Shown here in pieces: positions 18,965 to 28,266 of a DNA stretch of 64,000 bases; within the stretch, counting starts at the first letter, position 1; each line of letters starts with the position of its first letter. This stretch comes from Escherichia phage ph0011. The stretch lies in the sequence record OP557969.1; one strand, given 5' to 3'. The notes beneath the pieces were generated by a model that ran no database searches, had not been told where the DNA came from, and saw nothing but the letters and a program-made list of their open reading frames with translations. Both the position numbers and the translations under genes were made by a program.

Positions 18965-19548
18965 TGCAAGCTGAACACATTCAAATTATGAATTTGATGC
19001 ATGACATTGCGGAACTATCTGATAAGTACGATATTACTGTTCATGAGTCTATTGGAAATTATCGACTTAAAGTTGAAAACAAATCACCACATCGTTTTGG
19101 TTCTGTGACACTGGAGTCTTATAAAGATTACGGTTATGGAACGGCAAAAAAGGGTTTCTGGGATACTATGGCAATGTATATACGTACATCAAGACGTAGA
19201 GAACAAATCGGTTCAATTACGCCAAATATGATATTTGTCAATGCTGTACACAGTGATATTAATCGAATTGTTGAATCTAATTTTGGTGACGTTGAGAACG
19301 ATACATATTTGGAAATTCCACCAGAACTAGACCAATGTGAAGACATTCGTGAAGCATACATTTTCCAGAGATCATTACTTAACAACTTCAATGAGTTTCA
19401 GTACTTGATGCTTTGTTATGAAGCTGCAAAAGCTATTAAGACTGGTGAATTGGTAATGTATAATAATTTCATTAACTGCAAATCCGATACACTTAAAGAG
19501 TTACACACTGCCATCAAAAACATCAAGGATACATATGAACGCTTATAG
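18964..19548 (+). CDS. FamA paralog, long subclass
   Basis: TAATG overlap; core IREAYIFQRSLLNN. Confidence 0.7.
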   Translation: MQAEHIQIMNLMHDIAELSDKYDITVHESIGNYRLKVENKSPHRFGSVTLESYKDYGYGTAKKGFWDTMAMYIRTSRRREQIGSITPNMIFVNAVHSDINRIVESNFGDVENDTYLEIPPELDQCEDIREAYIFQRSLLNNFNEFQYLMLCYEAAKAIKTGELVMYNNFINCKSDTLKELHTAIKNIKDTYERL

Positions 19549-20113
19549 TTATATGACAGAACGTCATCAGATATTATATGATATCAGTACTAAAATGTTA
19601 TCAATCGTTAATAGTGGAAAAGAAATTGAAAAACAATACCTCATCCGTGATGTAGCAATTTCATCTAAATGTTGGTCCAATGAATATTACAACCACGGTA
19701 TTCTTACGATTTCTGGTGCTAGAAATATTTGTATTGTAAAAAATAAAAACAAAAGTAATGAAGAGTGTGAGATTAGAACCGATATACAAATTAAGGATGA
19801 TGGAAGTTTTTCACACTACCCATTTCATATTAGTACTATTGGTGTTTTATATAATATTAAAGTACTATTCGGTGATGAAGAGTATAAGTTAAAATATATC
19901 GACCCAGAATCGAGTACAGTCCAAGAAGACCTGTTTCAGATGAGCACAATTATGCCCGAAGAAGTTCTTAGTACTGTTGTTTTTTGTAGTTTAATTTATC
20001 ACGAATACAAAAAGAACCAATTCGATTTCCACATGATAGGAACGTACATCTTCAATAATTTGAATGTAGATCGTTTAAAAGCATTAAATTCAGCAATGGA
20101 TAAGGTGCTATAA
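19535..20113 (+). CDS. FamA paralog, long subclass
   Basis: AAGGA RBS; core VQEDLFQMSTIMPEE. Confidence 0.7.
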   Translation: MNAYSYMTERHQILYDISTKMLSIVNSGKEIEKQYLIRDVAISSKCWSNEYYNHGILTISGARNICIVKNKNKSNEECEIRTDIQIKDDGSFSHYPFHISTIGVLYNIKVLFGDEEYKLKYIDPESSTVQEDLFQMSTIMPEEVLSTVVFCSLIYHEYKKNQFDFHMIGTYIFNNLNVDRLKALNSAMDKVL

Positions 20114-20541
20114 TGACAAGAGATGATTGTTTGTACATATGGGATGTAGTTGAAAATACACTTTCAAATCCAGAAAAATATAAAACACAAAAAAGACAGC
20201 GACATAAAACATGGATAGATTTGTTCGTTGAGGACATACACGCAGTGACTATTTGGGATTCACCGAGGGCATCAGCATCTACTCTATTGGACAATGAATG
20301 TATTGATTGCATTAATTCCACTTTTCATCTACACGGTTCTACAATTTTCGGTACATTTCTGGATATTGAAAATAAAGATGATATTGATTCACTTGCGTTA
20401 CAATATCAAGTACTGTATAATACTAAATTAATTTATGATTTAGTTCTAGCTTCTTATGTGTATAAATTAATGAAGAAATATAATTATATTTCTGTTTCAG
20501 TTTATACTAAGGATATTCTTTCATTAAGAGACAAAACATGA
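20113..20541 (+). CDS. FamA-like, decayed core
   Basis: TAATG overlap; DSLALQYQVLYNTK. Confidence 0.55.
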   Translation: MTRDDCLYIWDVVENTLSNPEKYKTQKRQRHKTWIDLFVEDIHAVTIWDSPRASASTLLDNECIDCINSTFHLHGSTIFGTFLDIENKDDIDSLALQYQVLYNTKLIYDLVLASYVYKLMKKYNYISVSVYTKDILSLRDKT

Positions 20542-21047
20542 ATTTATTAAATGCACGCGAATTGGTTGAGATGTATGAGATATTGTCTACATATAAAAAT
20601 TCACCTGACGATGTAATTATCAACAAAAAGTTCCATGTCAGTGTTGATCATATGACAAATATAGATATGATTTCTTTGGTTGAAAGTAATAAGTCAGGTC
20701 TTGAACGTGATATCATGCGTTTGATTTATATTCCCAAACCATCATATCCTAATGATAGTTCAATTAGTAATGAGACTTTTATATATAATCCTTATACTGA
20801 TTGTACTTTAGTTTCGGTATCGAATCAGAAACAAGATACTTTTCAATTCATCTATACCAGTACTGATAACCTTGAAGAAATCGAATTCCAAAATAATACA
20901 TTAAGTCCATGTGGAAGTATTATTGCATTCATGTCATATCTGTGGTCAATCAAATCAGATACCATAGTATATAGTTCAAATTATACACAGGATTGTATTG
21001 TTGAATCATTTAAAGTTCTAAAGGAATACTATGAAAATAACAAATGA
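20538..21047 (+). CDS. FamA paralog
   Basis: ATGA overlap; core LEEIEFQNNTLSP. Confidence 0.7.
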   Translation: MNLLNARELVEMYEILSTYKNSPDDVIINKKFHVSVDHMTNIDMISLVESNKSGLERDIMRLIYIPKPSYPNDSSISNETFIYNPYTDCTLVSVSNQKQDTFQFIYTSTDNLEEIEFQNNTLSPCGSIIAFMSYLWSIKSDTIVYSSNYTQDCIVESFKVLKEYYENNK

Positions 21048-21612
21048 TTTTATTAAAAGTTTAGTACACCCTATGCTTAGTGTTATGAAAAAATCACAGT
21101 CTCTACCTGAAGATAACGATTACAAGTATAATCGTTTTGATTCAGATGTGTTTTGTATTGAAATGGAAATTAATAACAATCGTGATTTTTATTTAAAATT
21201 CAAAGAATCTTCAAGTTCGTACTACAATTTTGACATGAATTTCAAAATGGACACAAATATTGAAGAAAACGCAATTTCAAATCATATTAGTAGAAATGGT
21301 TTTATGTATAGATCTAATATGCATAATAATAAAAAAAGTGTTAGATCTAAATGGAACCAGCAATTCACTAAAATTTGTGAAATTGATAGCAGTACTTTTG
21401 GTGAAGAACAATATTTTCAATTAAGCACAATTCATGAACTACCACCATATGATTTTGTTAAAACATGGTTTGATATTCATAATATAATTGATGAAACAAT
21501 TGAACTTCCATTTAGTTTATCAATATCATATACTGCAACTAAAACGTTTATTTTTACTGAAGATATGATTATGAAAAAAATATGGGCAATGCTCCCTCTT
21601 ATGAGTGATTAA
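21031..21612 (+). CDS. FamA paralog, long subclass
   Basis: core GEEQYFQLSTIHELP. Confidence 0.75.
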   Translation: MKITNDFIKSLVHPMLSVMKKSQSLPEDNDYKYNRFDSDVFCIEMEINNNRDFYLKFKESSSSYYNFDMNFKMDTNIEENAISNHISRNGFMYRSNMHNNKKSVRSKWNQQFTKICEIDSSTFGEEQYFQLSTIHELPPYDFVKTWFDIHNIIDETIELPFSLSISYTATKTFIFTEDMIMKKIWAMLPLMSD

Positions 21613-21624
21613 CGGAGAAACTAC

Positions 21625-22176
21625 ATGAATCAAAGTCATGATCTTTTTAAATTATGTGCATCCAAAGATGTTGAAGGATGGACAGATAAAGTCAATACAA
21701 TCATCAATAGATTCCGAGTCTTTAGTGCTCGTGCACGAAGTGATGGTTCTATGAATTTCAAATATTCAATGACAATTGATGGTGTTGTAATTCATGTAGA
21801 TGAAGAAAAACTATCTATTAATCTACATGATTCATGTGTATTTGCTATTCATCAAAAGATGGGTTCAGGATGGGGTTGCAACAACATGAACTCAAAAGCA
21901 TTCTTTTGGGTTGGTCATTACAATACAGTTCTTGATCCTTCCATCAAATCCAATCTATTAGTTAATAATATCGTTTATGATTTATCGTATCCAGAAGAGT
22001 CACATTTTCAATTGAGTACATTACATAATTTAGTCAAATATGAAGATTGTGTCAAAGCATTAGAATTATGTCATTCAATTGATCTTAAAGATAAGTTGAT
22101 ACAAATTTACCCGTTGTTCTTCCATGAAGAAGTACAATGCACACTTGAACATATTTTATATGGGTACGATAAATGA
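21625..22176 (+). CDS. FamA paralog, long subclass
   Basis: ACGGAG RBS; core PEESHFQLSTLHN. Confidence 0.75.
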   Translation: MNQSHDLFKLCASKDVEGWTDKVNTIINRFRVFSARARSDGSMNFKYSMTIDGVVIHVDEEKLSINLHDSCVFAIHQKMGSGWGCNNMNSKAFFWVGHYNTVLDPSIKSNLLVNNIVYDLSYPEESHFQLSTLHNLVKYEDCVKALELCHSIDLKDKLIQIYPLFFHEEVQCTLEHILYGYDK

Positions 22177-22775
22177 GAAAAAGTTACCAAGAAGCTATTG
22201 ACCTAATTCGAGAAGTTATTAAGGTTGCACCAGGTGCAATAGCATTCAAGAAGTCTCTATATAAGAAATATGGTCCCATGTCAAGTATGTGCTGTCAAAA
22301 GAAACGTAGTAAATTCACTACGCAGTACTGGCATGACTCTATTATCTTGAGTAATGAACATCAGCGTATTTTAACAATCGAATCAGTAGATAATCAATAT
22401 GGGGAAGGATTGATTTGTATTCCTGACTATGATGAAATTAATTTCAATTGTGGGGATTATGAGACAACATTATTATTACACGAGGGTTATCCTGAAGGTG
22501 ATGTAATGGCAGAGTATAATCCAAAAACAAAAATACTGAAACGTGGTATACAGTTCAAAATCGATAACAAAGATGATGTGGAAGCTGCACTAATGCAACT
22601 GAGTACAAGCGAACCTATCTCTATTGATGTAGAAGAGTTATGGGGAATCATTTCAGTACTTAATGAGTGTTATAAAATTAAATCATTGCATAAGTACTCT
22701 ATAATTTTACATACTAATTGTGCAATGATAAAATGTAAGAACATACAAGAGATGGTGGTTCCAGATGAACTTTAA
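22173..22775 (+). CDS. FamA-like, decayed core
   Basis: ATGA overlap; VEAALMQLSTSEP. Confidence 0.6.
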   Translation: MRKSYQEAIDLIREVIKVAPGAIAFKKSLYKKYGPMSSMCCQKKRSKFTTQYWHDSIILSNEHQRILTIESVDNQYGEGLICIPDYDEINFNCGDYETTLLLHEGYPEGDVMAEYNPKTKILKRGIQFKIDNKDDVEAALMQLSTSEPISIDVEELWGIISVLNECYKIKSLHKYSIILHTNCAMIKCKNIQEMVVPDEL

Positions 22776-23349
22776 AGAAATAGAAAGTAAAATTAAGTAC
22801 TTCAAAGATATCAAAAAACTTTGGGAAAAGTATAAAATTGTTTATCAATTCCAAGATGATGATACTGTTCAAACCATTGATATTAGTATTCGTGTGAAGT
22901 TCAAGAATGGTAGTTATGGTGAAGTTAAATTGAATTCTATGGGTGTATATCTTAGAGACTATGATGGTTCCACTCTTGCACAATTTGACTTCACACCTGA
23001 CCCTGATGATATGTTACTGAGTGAAATCAATGCGTATGACCTTGAGATGTTTGGTGGGAAACCTTTATTATTCCGCTTATCAGATGAATGGGATGAGGTT
23101 TACTACACATACAAAGATGGAGTGATTCGAGACGTGAATGATGAGGTTGTAAATGATATGGAAGAACGTCTATTCCAAGAATCATGTGTGTCATCTGAGT
23201 CATATACATACCAATACCTACTTGACATGTTCGATTTGTATAGTAAAATAGATTCAGAAATGGGTACATTGGGTATTCATTATCTCACAATAAATGACTA
23301 TGCTCAACTCGAAACCGCAGTGAAAGCATTATCTAAAGTTCTGAAATAG
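22765..23349 (+). CDS. FamA paralog, long subclass
   Basis: core MEERLFQESCVSSES. Confidence 0.7.
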   Translation: MNFKEIESKIKYFKDIKKLWEKYKIVYQFQDDDTVQTIDISIRVKFKNGSYGEVKLNSMGVYLRDYDGSTLAQFDFTPDPDDMLLSEINAYDLEMFGGKPLLFRLSDEWDEVYYTYKDGVIRDVNDEVVNDMEERLFQESCVSSESYTYQYLLDMFDLYSKIDSEMGTLGIHYLTINDYAQLETAVKALSKVLK

Positions 23350-23358
23350 GAATGAATT

Positions 23359-23772
23359 ATGAAACTGTATCATGCGAGTACTGTAAAAATTGATAACTTT
23401 TATATCCCGTATGGTGGCCTTCATATGGGAGGTAAACACAGTGCACTTGAAGCTGCATTACGCAAGCTAAGAAGCCCACTGAACGTTGTTGCCGCTGATA
23501 CAGTATACTTGCATACTTTAGAAGTTGATGTTGACAACGTGCTTCTATGGGAGGATTTGGGTAGTGATGATGAGTGGCGTTCACTAATTGAACATTGTAA
23601 TTCTAAAGGTTACGATGCTGTTCAATACACAAATGAATACGAGCCGGATAATGTTCCTAGTTATATGATTTGGGATACGTCTAAGGTTCGCATTGTCGAA
23701 GTTGATGCTATGCATATGGATGATGCAGAAATGATCATCGAAGATTTCCTTGATGAATATGAAGGTGTATAA
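23359..23772 (+). CDS. hypothetical protein, not FamA (interrupts the array)
   Basis: 137 aa; MKLYHAS..GGLHMGGKHSALEAA; locally higher GC; acidic C-terminus. Confidence 0.6.
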   Translation: MKLYHASTVKIDNFYIPYGGLHMGGKHSALEAALRKLRSPLNVVAADTVYLHTLEVDVDNVLLWEDLGSDDEWRSLIEHCNSKGYDAVQYTNEYEPDNVPSYMIWDTSKVRIVEVDAMHMDDAEMIIEDFLDEYEGV

Positions 23773-24290
23773 TGATTGAACCTATGACAGTACTAGCACG
23801 TACTAAATTATTATTGAAGATTGGTGAGATATTAACTGATATTTTGTACAGTGAGATTGATATACATGAATTATGCATTATACAACCATGGGAATTAACC
23901 AAATTCTCTGCGTTCTATCGTTTATCATATAAAGGGGAAACAGTTCTGGACTGGAACCCCAAAGCCAGATTTATGGAGTATGCAGCTTTATATGGAACAT
24001 GTGGTGGAATAACAAATGATTTTAAAGAAATTAAAACTCAAACAGCGTCACATGAATTTAATGATTTATTATATCCAGAATTTAAGTTAACAGAAGAATC
24101 ATTATTCCAGCACTCATTAATTTTAAAAGATCTTAATGATTTAGAGTACTACAAAGAATTAGTAGATATTTTTATGAATACACGACTTTCAAAAGATATT
24201 GTGATATTCTGGTATACAGAGCATGTTACGGAGGAATTGCTTACTGAATTTCTTCTAAATATGACAGCTATAAAGGAGAAGTTATGTTAG
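23772..24290 (+). CDS. FamA paralog
   Basis: TAATG overlap; core TEESLFQHSLILKD. Confidence 0.75.
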   Translation: MIEPMTVLARTKLLLKIGEILTDILYSEIDIHELCIIQPWELTKFSAFYRLSYKGETVLDWNPKARFMEYAALYGTCGGITNDFKEIKTQTASHEFNDLLYPEFKLTEESLFQHSLILKDLNDLEYYKELVDIFMNTRLSKDIVIFWYTEHVTEELLTEFLLNMTAIKEKLC

Positions 24291-24757
24291 ATATTTTAGG
24301 AAACATCGATACTGCAAATTATTTTATCCAAGACGCACTGTTTAATACACTACAAAAAGGTTTAGAAGTTCGTCACAATGTATACCAAGGTGATGGTTAT
24401 TTCGTTGATATTATTGAGGCACGAAAGAATACGTTTAATCTTAACGTTACGACGCTTGGAAGACAGAACATTGCACGAATTTTAGTAAGTAAAGATGAAA
24501 TTGTATTAAGATACAGTGCTAAGTTTATGCTGACTTACAAGAAAAAAACTGACATGTTCAGTACTAATTTATTTGATGAGCCATTTGACCTTGAAGATAT
24601 TGAAGCTACTTTCTTCACTCAAAGTACTATGGTAAAATACACTGATGTTCAATTTTCAGCAGACGTTATGTCTGAAACATTACAAATGATCAAGGTATTA
24701 TTTTATGCTTTTGAGCAATTTAGAGAAGAAAGAAATAAGGTTAACAACCACAGATGA
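24284..24757 (+). CDS. FamA-like, decayed core
   Basis: AAAGGAGAAG RBS; IEATFFTQSTMVKY. Confidence 0.6.
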   Translation: MLDILGNIDTANYFIQDALFNTLQKGLEVRHNVYQGDGYFVDIIEARKNTFNLNVTTLGRQNIARILVSKDEIVLRYSAKFMLTYKKKTDMFSTNLFDEPFDLEDIEATFFTQSTMVKYTDVQFSADVMSETLQMIKVLFYAFEQFREERNKVNNHR

Positions 24758-25118
24758 ACTAATAGAGGCGATTACTAAGGATTCAAAATACCATAAAGGG
24801 ATTCGTCTATACTTTATAGATACTGGCTCAATGGAAGGTACATACATTTATGGCTCACAATCTTTGTCTTATGTTGTAATACCAAATAAAAATGTAAAAA
24901 TCTTTTTAGGTTCAAGTAAAAAAGCGTTCTTGACAGTTAATGACAACAGTGTTATTATGAATTCCTTGGGTCATGACAAGGTAGAAATTGATCTAAACAC
25001 ATTAGAAGAAATGGATTTTTTTCAGTACGAGTGTTTAGGCGTTGACTTACATGGTATCAGTAGTGATATGATAAAATCATTAATTAAATATTTCAAGGGT
25101 GTTTATAAATGTATCTAA
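24705..25118 (+). CDS. FamA paralog
   Basis: core LEEMDFFQYECLGVD; start uncertain (53-nt overlap). Confidence 0.6.
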   Translation: MLLSNLEKKEIRLTTTDELIEAITKDSKYHKGIRLYFIDTGSMEGTYIYGSQSLSYVVIPNKNVKIFLGSSKKAFLTVNDNSVIMNSLGHDKVEIDLNTLEEMDFFQYECLGVDLHGISSDMIKSLIKYFKGVYKCI

Positions 25119-25606
25119 CAAAATCGATGAAAAATTCATTTGATAAGATCAAGAGTGTTCTTGGTGGTGAGCATATTACTAGTGTGACTCAAACGGCTGA
25201 CCAAATTCAATGCAGTTCAAATGATTATACTGTAATTCTAGGTTTACATAGTCTACGTTTGACAATAGTAAATAATATTGACAACACTGCAATTGTAATA
25301 ACACCATGCCATATCAAAAATGAAAATGGTGTATATCTTCATCATATGGGAACAGTATTTCATATTTTTAATACAAATGAAAATATTGTTAAAGAATACA
25401 ATACACTTAATATTGATTCAGGTGAATTATTTCAAATGAGCACGTTGTACTCATGTAATTTTACAGATACTTCACGTATTTTACCATTCTTCTTAGAAAT
25501 TATTAAGAAAATGGAAAATTTAAAACGTGAATACAATAAAGAAATGGTTCCTGAAGCTATATTAAATATTACTAATGCTATAGAGAAGTATAATTCAGTG
25601 ACTTAA
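25109..25606 (+). CDS. FamA paralog
   Basis: core DSGELFQMSTLYS. Confidence 0.7.
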   Translation: MYLTKSMKNSFDKIKSVLGGEHITSVTQTADQIQCSSNDYTVILGLHSLRLTIVNNIDNTAIVITPCHIKNENGVYLHHMGTVFHIFNTNENIVKEYNTLNIDSGELFQMSTLYSCNFTDTSRILPFFLEIIKKMENLKREYNKEMVPEAILNITNAIEKYNSVT

Positions 25607-25648
25607 TAAAAACGCACATGGAGTGCATGAGAAGATCAAGGATAGATC

Positions 25649-26122
25649 ATGGAGATTAAAACCGTTGAAAATGGGGAAATTGATGACATTTTAGAGTTGG
25701 ATGCCTTCAAAGTTCATGATATAATGTTCAATGTGAAAGACATTATTCAATGTCTGTTTTTGTGCAGCAAGACTATGCATGACTTTTTTCACAACCCAAA
25801 TACAAATGTTTTTATACTAACAATCAGTACTGAAAGCTCGTTCATCATGGGTATGCCTATGAGTACGAATGAACAGTATATTGATTGTGTTATTCGCAAT
25901 AACGATAGTATTACACCTCAATCTGAAGTACGTAAAAAGAAAAACACTTACACAATCAAAGATGATAAAATTATGATGTGCTGTAGTAAGGGGTTTATAT
26001 TAGATAATTTTATTGTCAAAGATAGTTATCATGACTTTAAAGTTTCCGAAAACCAATCTAATGTAGTTCTTTATGCAAGTGACATAGAAAGTCTAACAGT
26101 AAAAGATCCCAGTTTGGAGTAA
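25649..26122 (+). CDS. hypothetical protein
   Basis: 157-aa ORF, AAGGA RBS; no FamA core seen. Confidence 0.6.
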   Translation: MEIKTVENGEIDDILELDAFKVHDIMFNVKDIIQCLFLCSKTMHDFFHNPNTNVFILTISTESSFIMGMPMSTNEQYIDCVIRNNDSITPQSEVRKKKNTYTIKDDKIMMCCSKGFILDNFIVKDSYHDFKVSENQSNVVLYASDIESLTVKDPSLE

Positions 26123-26124
26123 TT

Positions 26125-26256
26125 ATGTCGAAGAAAGTTAATAATTTCGTACAGAAACACATGAATGAGTTTAATAAACCTCAAACACATGTGGATCGTA
26201 AAAAAGAAATGAAAAATGGTAAAGTAAAACATAAGTCGAGATTTATTCTCGACTAA
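26125..26256 (+). CDS. 43-aa lysine-rich peptide
   Basis: Hand-translated MSKKVNNFVQKHMNEFNKPQTHVDRKKEMKNGKVKHKSRFILD; GGAG 5 nt upstream; last 7 codons form the terminator stem. Confidence 0.45.
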   Translation: MSKKVNNFVQKHMNEFNKPQTHVDRKKEMKNGKVKHKSRFILD

Positions 26257-26262
26257 TTTTTT
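26235..26262 (+). terminator. Rho-independent terminator overlapping the peptide 3' end
   Basis: GTCGAGA-tttat-TCTCGAC (26235-26253), stop TAA 26254-26256, then tttttt. Confidence 0.7.
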
Positions 26263-26285
26263 GTCCAAATTTATGGAGATTGTAT

Positions 26286-27134
26286 ATGTTAGATAGTACA
26301 GAATTTCGCAACTTCAAAAAGTATTCAGTACTTGAACATATCAACGAATTTCTGAATTCTCCAACACCATTTGGTATCAGTACATCAGATTCATACGATG
26401 GATATAGAATCTTCACATGTAATGACTTTCAAATTTCTGTCAAAAAAGGTACTTCAAAAGAAGTTGCAATTCGTGATGTAGTACTGTATAGCGATTCTTC
26501 CATTTCTTACTGTCATGATGTGAACAATTTTGAATCTCTTTCAACACCTAATTGTTCATACTACAAATCCCATGACACGATGATGTATAAAGAACAACAT
26601 ATCAATGGCGTTTCGTTCTATAAAACTAGCAGTGATAAATCATATACATCTAGAGATGATTTTGGAAAATACACATGTACTATGTACACGGATAATGAAA
26701 AAACAAATTACACTCATTCATTCGAGTCCAAATTCAAAGAAAGTGAAGTTTCAAATATCACTATACAAGAACAGGTATCAGAAGGCATTGTTTATCGTAG
26801 CACTGCATTCTTTCGCATGAAAGATATTGAATCTGGTAGGCCAATGATGTATAATATTGATATATACATGCAAGGTGAAATATCTGAAGTAGTGATTAGT
26901 GTTGGATATCGTACTAGCTTCACATTTACGATAAACTCACCAGATGCATCATTGGTACACCTCTTTGACAAATTGTATACATTCCAAGTTGAGTTTTGTC
27001 TCAATTCAAACGAATATCAAATATTCGATATATTAAAAAGTAATATCATTAATAAATTAGAATATTACTATAAGTTGGGTGGGAAGATGAGTATAGTTAA
27101 TACAATGATACATAATATAAAAGAAACATTATAA
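26286..27134 (+). CDS. hypothetical protein, divergent FamA-like C-terminus
   Basis: ATG 7 nt after GGAG (track 26280..); 282 aa; DKLYTFQVEFCLNS near C-terminus. Confidence 0.6.
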   Translation: MLDSTEFRNFKKYSVLEHINEFLNSPTPFGISTSDSYDGYRIFTCNDFQISVKKGTSKEVAIRDVVLYSDSSISYCHDVNNFESLSTPNCSYYKSHDTMMYKEQHINGVSFYKTSSDKSYTSRDDFGKYTCTMYTDNEKTNYTHSFESKFKESEVSNITIQEQVSEGIVYRSTAFFRMKDIESGRPMMYNIDIYMQGEISEVVISVGYRTSFTFTINSPDASLVHLFDKLYTFQVEFCLNSNEYQIFDILKSNIINKLEYYYKLGGKMSIVNTMIHNIKETL

Positions 27135-27150
27135 ATCTGGAGGATTTGGT

Positions 27151-27444
27151 ATGGATACTAAATTCAAAATTATTTTTAAAACGAAGCCGTATATACCATA
27201 TACTGCCGAACGTTTTATACCACCTGGTGCAGAGGAAATTATTCACCAAGATGGTACAAAGTTATATCTAGTTCCATGTTCATATGAACGTGCAGTAGAA
27301 ATGCTACTCATGAATTCTAAACTATGCACAAATAAGTATATTAGTTACCTATATAATGAACATATCTTAGAGTTCAATGATGAAAATATGTTTATTCTTG
27401 CAATTGAAGATTTTAATAAATGGTTTGAATTTATTAAAGTCTAA
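27151..27444 (+). CDS. hypothetical protein
   Basis: 97-aa ORF, TGGAGGA RBS. Confidence 0.6.
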   Translation: MDTKFKIIFKTKPYIPYTAERFIPPGAEEIIHQDGTKLYLVPCSYERAVEMLLMNSKLCTNKYISYLYNEHILEFNDENMFILAIEDFNKWFEFIKV

Positions 27445-27457
27445 TGAAAAAAATAAT

Positions 27458-27486
27458 GTGGACAAATTAAATCCCTGTGATATAAT
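27458..27486 (+). promoter_or_regulatory. early-type sigma70 promoter (TGTGATATAAT class)
   Basis: GTGGAC - 17 nt (..ccctgtga) - TATAAT. Confidence 0.65.
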
Positions 27487-27516
27487 GTTCGCATCTTTTT
27501 GATAACGGAGATATAG

Positions 27517-27903
27517 ATGAATACAAGTTCAATCCTAAAAGCAATTGGTGGTGTTTTACTCATTGAGGTGAAAGGTGAACCAAAACTATGCTGTTTAGAA
27601 GATATGAAGAACACAAAACACTTCAGTACTGGTCAGATTTTCAATGCAATTCGCGTTCTGAATGACAAATCCATTGCTGATTATGGTAAAGTTTGGCCTG
27701 TATATCAAAATTCTGATGGTGAGATCAGTTCTGATTGGAAAACAATTGAAGAAGTTCGACAAAATTGTGATTGTGATTGGGACTTTATCGTTGAAGTATG
27801 TGACCAACTACAAGAAGATGTACCAGAAATCGTAGAACGAAAGGAAGTTCTGGCAAATCTAGAAAAATTCCGTAATGGAACACTCCAATACGACACAATC
27901 TAA
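27517..27903 (+). CDS. hypothetical protein
   Basis: 128-aa ORF, ACGGAG RBS. Confidence 0.65.
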   Translation: MNTSSILKAIGGVLLIEVKGEPKLCCLEDMKNTKHFSTGQIFNAIRVLNDKSIADYGKVWPVYQNSDGEISSDWKTIEEVRQNCDCDWDFIVEVCDQLQEDVPEIVERKEVLANLEKFRNGTLQYDTI

Positions 27904-27952
27904 TCTGCTTATTTAAAAATAGCTAGTTAACATTATATAAAAGGAATTTAAA

Positions 27953-28258
27953 ATGGAAGACAATGGAATGAAATTTGATATGTTTGAGGGTGTGCCTGAG
28001 TTTGATTTTAACAAACTTGAAGAAGGTGAAGCCACTGAACTTGTCAGTGTTACGCTTAAAGCTGATACTAAAAAGAAATATTCACCATCAGTTCGTGCAC
28101 GCTCAAAAGAAGAATATGAAACATTTATTGAGAGTATTCATTATGAAACATTCTATCACAAAGATGGAACTCCATATGAAGTACGTGTAACAGTTCTGAA
28201 GCCTGAAGTAAACCCAATGGAAAATCTACGTCCTGTTTACTGCTGGGCAAGCCACTAA
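27953..28258 (+). CDS. hypothetical protein
   Basis: 101-aa ORF, AAAGGA RBS. Confidence 0.6.
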   Translation: MEDNGMKFDMFEGVPEFDFNKLEEGEATELVSVTLKADTKKKYSPSVRARSKEEYETFIESIHYETFYHKDGTPYEVRVTVLKPEVNPMENLRPVYCWASH

Positions 28259-28266
28259 TAAACCAT

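Larger units (their letters stand above)
3..26122 (+). repeat. tandem array of FamA paralogous genes
   Basis: 47 FamA ORFs head-to-tail, interrupted only by a few small ORFs, FamB pairs and 23359..23772. Confidence 0.8.
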
